From an uncultured delta proteobacterium (lineage in GTDB: Bacteria > Myxococcota_A > Polyangia > Polyangiales > Polyangiaceae): a stretch of DNA of 64,000 bases. Numbering within the stretch: the stretch's first letter is position 1; each line of letters starts with the position of its first letter. Position numbers and translations under genes: made by a program. The notes below the pieces were generated by a model. The model worked only from the letters and a program-made list of their open reading frames with translations, had not been told where the DNA came from and searched no databases. The stretch is from contig CAWAIF010000003.1 in assembly GCA_963782055.1 (NCBI GenBank), positions 5,344,001 through 5,408,000 of the forward strand, given 5' to 3'. Shown here piece after piece: positions 59,861 through 64,000 of the stretch.

Positions 59861-61174
59861 GTGCGCTCGAGCGTGACACACGCCCCGGCAGCGGGTATCC
59901 CCTGCCCCGGGATGAAGGCGAGCGAGATCGCGAGGACGCGGTGGTTCGGCACTGTCGCGCTTGGCACGGCGTGCGTCGCCTGGGTCGCGGCGCTGATCGC
60001 GCCGCAGCACGACTCGCCTGGCTACGATCTGTCCGCGCTGGTGGTCGGCGCCAAGCTCGTCGCCGACGGCGACAAGGCCCAGCTCTACGCGCACCACGCG
60101 ATCTTCTACAACCTCGCCGACTCGCCGGCCTTCCTCGACGCCGCGCGCGCCCTGGGCTTCACCGGCACGGTGCCGACGGCCTTCGTTCAGGCGCCGCTCG
60201 TGGCCTTCGTCGCGCAACCTCTCACCCACGTCTCCTTCCCGGTGCTGCTGCAGGCGTGGAACGTCTTCTCCGCCGCTGCGCTCGCGTGGGGGCTTTGGCT
60301 GGCGCTCGAGGCTTATGCACCGCGGTTGCGCACGCACCCCGTGATGGCGCTCCTCATGCTCGCCATGCTCCCCTTCGAGCCGGTCCGCTACATGTTCTGG
60401 CTCGGCCAGACGACACCGATGATCTTCGCCGCAGTGCTGGGAGCGATCGTCCTGCTGCGACGCGGCCGGCCGCTCTCGGCGGGCCTGCTCATGGCGCTGC
60501 CCGCGTTCGTCAAGCTCACGCCGCTCGTCTTCGGCCTGGTGTGGCTGTGGCAGAAACGCTGGCGTGCGCTCGCCGGGCTCTCCGGAGGCGTGGCGACCCT
60601 CGCGACCGCCAGCATCGCGACGATGGGCTGGGCGTGCAACGTGACCTACGTGCACCGCGTCCGCGAGATCGGCCGCATCGTGCTGGTGGCCTACAACAAC
60701 CACTCCATCGGCGCGCTGCTCACGCGGCCGTTCGTCTCCCACGACGAACTGGACAAGTTCACCATGTTCACGCCGACGCCGGCCGTCCGCGCGGCCGTGG
60801 TCCTCTGCGCGCTGGCGCTCGTGGCGACGCCGGCCTGGCTGCTGCGCGCGCGGCGGCGCGACCCCCTCGCCGAGGCGTTCGCTCTCCTGCTCACGCTGCT
60901 GGTGCCGAGCATCTCGTGGACGCACTACTTCGTGCTCCTGGTTCCGCTCGCGCTGCTCGCCGTCCACCGCGCCACGGACCTCGCGCCACGCGCGCGCACC
61001 GCCGTGCTCGCGCTCACCGGCGCGGCCATGCTCGTGTGCATGCGGCCCTTCGCCCCGGACGAGTCCGCCTTCGCCTCCGCTCACGGGCTCCTCATCGTGG
61101 GCCCGACCCTCGCCGGGATCGTCGTGGCCGGCGTGCTAACCTTTCTCGCGGTCCGGACCCGAACCGCTTCATGA
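59861..61174 (+). CDS. GT87 (DUF2029)-like membrane glycosyltransferase (start uncertain)
   Basis: LGQ, VKLTP, NHS, ISWTHY; multiple TM helices. Confidence 0.8.
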   Translation: MRSSVTHAPAAGIPCPGMKASEIARTRWFGTVALGTACVAWVAALIAPQHDSPGYDLSALVVGAKLVADGDKAQLYAHHAIFYNLADSPAFLDAARALGFTGTVPTAFVQAPLVAFVAQPLTHVSFPVLLQAWNVFSAAALAWGLWLALEAYAPRLRTHPVMALLMLAMLPFEPVRYMFWLGQTTPMIFAAVLGAIVLLRRGRPLSAGLLMALPAFVKLTPLVFGLVWLWQKRWRALAGLSGGVATLATASIATMGWACNVTYVHRVREIGRIVLVAYNNHSIGALLTRPFVSHDELDKFTMFTPTPAVRAAVVLCALALVATPAWLLRARRRDPLAEAFALLLTLLVPSISWTHYFVLLVPLALLAVHRATDLAPRARTAVLALTGAAMLVCMRPFAPDESAFASAHGLLIVGPTLAGIVVAGVLTFLAVRTRTAS

Positions 61175-62970
61175 CCGAGCCTTCCCTCGCGACCGCGGAC
61201 GAGCCGCGCGCCAAGGGCGACCGCCTCCGGAGGGCGCTGCGCCTCGCGCCGGTGGTCGTCCCGCTGCTACTGGTGGTGCCTGCGCTCTGGCCGGAGCTGC
61301 GCATCGCGTGGCTCGCCGTGCACGAACCGTTCGGCCGCGACCAGGGCATCTTTCAGTACATCTCCTTCGCCTTGACGAAGGGGCAGCGCGACTACGCCGA
61401 CTTCCACGAGATCAACGGCCCGCTCGTTCACCTGCTGCAGCTCGTCCTGTACTGGATCGGCGGGGAGAACGAGCTGGTGATCCGCGCCGTCGACTTCGCG
61501 GCCACTGCCGTCGTCTTCTTCGGCGCGGGCGCCGTCATTCCGGGCATCGGCTGGGCCAAGGGCGACGCGCCGAACCGCCCACCCTTCTCCTCGCGCATCC
61601 TGTGGGGCCTCGCCGGCTCGGTGGCGCTGTGGGGCAATCTCCTCCGGTACAACTGGTGGGACCACACCCAGCGGGAGAGCTTCTACGACCTCTTCATCGT
61701 GGCGGCGCTCGCCATCCAGCTCTACGCGCACATCCCCTCGCGCCTGTCCGACCGACGGCGCCTCCTGCTCTTCGGCGTGGCCGGCGCGCTCTCCCTCTTG
61801 CCGAGCTTCGGCAAGCCGACGTGTGGACTCTACTTCCTCGGGCAGATCGCCGGCCTGTGGCTGGACGGGGAGGCTCCGCTCGATCGACGACGCCGGCTGC
61901 GTGCGTTCCTCCTCGGCGCGGCGGCGGGCTGCATCCCTGTGGCGATCTTCGTGGCGATCTACGCCGACCCGGCCGCCATGGTGCGCGACGTGCTGCTCGA
62001 CGGCCCGCGCATCTACCGCCACATCTGGCACAAGTCCTTCGCCGAGGGCTACTTCGCGTGGGGGAACGCACCCCGCCTCAACTACGGCGTCTTCACCGCC
62101 CTCGCGTTGGTGCCGCTCGCCTGGGTGGGCCTGCTTCCACGCCGGGTGTGGCCCGCGGCGTTCTTCCTCGTGGGCGGCATCATCAACTTCTTCCTGCAGG
62201 GGAAAATGTTCCCTTACCACCTGCACCCGATCACTTGCGGCGCCTTCCTCATCTGGGTCTGGACACTCGGCGTGCTCGTCGAGCGCGCGCCGCTCGGGCG
62301 GGTGCGCCGGACGCCGCCGGCGGTGGGGCTCGGGCTCGCCGCGTTCGTGGCGGCGTTCCTCTCCTGGCAGTGCATCGAGGAGGCCACGCTGTCGCAGACC
62401 GCGCGGGAGATGACGCCCGATCGTATGGCGGTCACGCACACCCTGTACGACCGCGAGCACAAGCTGCCCAAGTTCTACAACGGTGGCGACTACTACCCCT
62501 GGGACCTGCGGCGCGCGGGGTGGTTCATCCGTGACGTGACGGCCCCCTCGGAGCGCGTGCAGGTGTGGGGGATGGATCCCTACGTGCTGTTCTTCGCGCA
62601 GCGCCTCAGCGCCACCCCTTTCCTCTACAGCTTCGAGATCAACGTCGACGCGGCGATCGCCGGCGGGAGCGGCGGCAAGCCGAGCCCGAGCCAGGCCGCG
62701 TGGATCCGCGCCAAGGGCGCCGCCAACGCGAAGGAGCTCGATGAGGCGGTGCGCGCGCACCCGCCGGCCGCCTTCGTGATGATCGACAACCAGCCGTTCA
62801 GCTACCCGCAGGACGCCGACGAGGACTTCCACACGCACTGCCCCGCAACTTGGAGCTTCCTCGTCGATCGCTACACCCGGGTGCGGCGCTTCGGGCACGT
62901 GCGCGTGTGGCTCCGCAAAGATCTGGCGTCGAAGGTGGCACCACCGGCGGACCCGGCCGACGCGGGCTGA
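61171..62970 (+). CDS. GT-C fold membrane glycosyltransferase-like protein
   Basis: GRDQGIFQY, multiple TM helices, FPYHLHP, VQVWG. Confidence 0.7.
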   Translation: MTEPSLATADEPRAKGDRLRRALRLAPVVVPLLLVVPALWPELRIAWLAVHEPFGRDQGIFQYISFALTKGQRDYADFHEINGPLVHLLQLVLYWIGGENELVIRAVDFAATAVVFFGAGAVIPGIGWAKGDAPNRPPFSSRILWGLAGSVALWGNLLRYNWWDHTQRESFYDLFIVAALAIQLYAHIPSRLSDRRRLLLFGVAGALSLLPSFGKPTCGLYFLGQIAGLWLDGEAPLDRRRRLRAFLLGAAAGCIPVAIFVAIYADPAAMVRDVLLDGPRIYRHIWHKSFAEGYFAWGNAPRLNYGVFTALALVPLAWVGLLPRRVWPAAFFLVGGIINFFLQGKMFPYHLHPITCGAFLIWVWTLGVLVERAPLGRVRRTPPAVGLGLAAFVAAFLSWQCIEEATLSQTAREMTPDRMAVTHTLYDREHKLPKFYNGGDYYPWDLRRAGWFIRDVTAPSERVQVWGMDPYVLFFAQRLSATPFLYSFEINVDAAIAGGSGGKPSPSQAAWIRAKGAANAKELDEAVRAHPPAAFVMIDNQPFSYPQDADEDFHTHCPATWSFLVDRYTRVRRFGHVRVWLRKDLASKVAPPADPADAG

Positions 62971-63018
62971 CACCATTGCGACTGAGGAGCCCCTCGAGGG
63001 CGCCATTGTGACGCTTCC

Positions 63019-64000
63019 TCAGTTGATGCGCTCGTAGAGGAGGATGAAGTTGCCGCGGTGGTCGGAGTAGTCCCACCGCCAGTACCTGGGCACCGCGCGG
63101 TAGTGCGCGGTGAACTCCGGGGCGTGCACCAGTGCCGTCTCGCCCTCCCAGTAGCCCTCGTGGTACCAGACGCCGTCCAACCCGGGCTGCACGCGAGAGT
63201 TGAGGACGATCCAGTGCGGGCGACGTCGCAGGACGTACGTCGGGTCGTACTTCTCGTGGAGCCCACCGACGACGCGCGCGATGTGGCGATCGGCAAGGCC
63301 CGTCATGTCGACGGTGGGAAGCCTCGTGTAGAAGGGAACGGCGCCGGCATGGTTCACCGCAATGAGCGTGTCGGGCGTGGAGTGAGCCACGATCCACGCG
63401 GCGACGTCGCGCGACGCCTCGGTCATGGTTCCCTCAACGCGATCGGTAGGTGCCATTCGCCGGCCGGCGAGCGCGTCGGCGATCGTCCCGAGCGGGCGCA
63501 CGAACCGGTAGGACAGCGCCTTGCCAGGGTCGGCCAGGATCTGCTTGCGCGCCTTCAGCCCGAACCAGCTCGCCTCCTCCAGCCGGTCGTGCCAAGGCAG
63601 ATCGTCGTTGATCATGACGAACATGGTGACGGCGAGCAGCGAGGCACGGCGCCTCTGGCCGCCGGCCCTCCCGGTGAATGTCGCGGCGAGCAGCGCGAAC
63701 AGCGGCGGAAAGATGGGGAGCGAGAGGCGATGACCCCACATCCAATCGCCACCGCCACCCACGACGACGAACGCCAGCGCGCCGAGCAAGAGGAGGATGG
63801 CCGTGCGCACGCGCAACGCGAGCGATGGGGGGCAGCGCGCGCGCCACGCCACCCAGAGCCCTCGACCAACGACGGCGCATGCCACGGCGAGGCCGACGAG
63901 CATCCAGCAGCCGTACTCCAGCCCGAGGCCCAGCCGGTCGGCGAGCGGTCCCGTCGCCTTGGCGTAGTACGTGTTCGGAAAGATGGGCCCGTAGTACGCG
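63019..64000 (-). CDS. GT-C (arabinofuranosyltransferase-like) membrane protein, 5' partial
   Basis: PNTYYAK, GGDWM..R, DMTGLAD. Confidence 0.7.
   Translation of the reverse strand, partial: AYYGPIFPNTYYAKATGPLADRLGLGLEYGCWMLVGLAVACAVVGRGLWVAWRARCPPSLALRVRTAILLLLGALAFVVVGGGGDWMWGHRLSLPIFPPLFALLAATFTGRAGGQRRRASLLAVTMFVMINDDLPWHDRLEEASWFGLKARKQILADPGKALSYRFVRPLGTIADALAGRRMAPTDRVEGTMTEASRDVAAWIVAHSTPDTLIAVNHAGAVPFYTRLPTVDMTGLADRHIARVVGGLHEKYDPTYVLRRRPHWIVLNSRVQPGLDGVWYHEGYWEGETALVHAPEFTAHYRAVPRYWRWDYSDHRGNFILLYERIN

Noticed and set aside
59941..61170. N-terminal part of the 1009-aa ORF
   Set aside because: Off-frame shadow of the GT87-like gene; the real start is ATG 61171

Overview
Very GC-rich DNA whose gene content suggests a myxobacterium (inference). 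Positions 1 to ~43,400 look like one end of a large integrative element inserted at tRNA-Gly(GCC) (43336-43407). The tyrosine integrase and a xis-like gene lie next to the tRNA; the other att site is not in the window. The element carries: (i) a defence block with a CARF/RtcR-type sigma-54 activator, hsdR-hsdM-hsdS, a coupled HEPN protein and a divergent coiled-coil PD-(D/E)XK nuclease behind a sigma-54-like promoter; (ii) a RadC/DUF932/Rad52-like/Cas4-like recombination block split by a RelE/HigBA-type TA pair; (iii) an AlbA_2 (Schlafen-like) operon; (iv) the most unusual part, a divergent family-A DNA polymerase coupled to a [dead family-4 UDG]-AEP primase-PriCT-wHTH protein, followed by a ~290-bp nested palindrome with a perfect 23-bp inverted repeat (candidate origin). 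Passengers are two IS66-family copies, an IS21 and a group II intron; one IS66 sits inside intron domain VI. Right of the tRNA are ordinary host genes, including a small islet disrupted by an ISL3. All calls come from reading motifs by eye; no searches were run.
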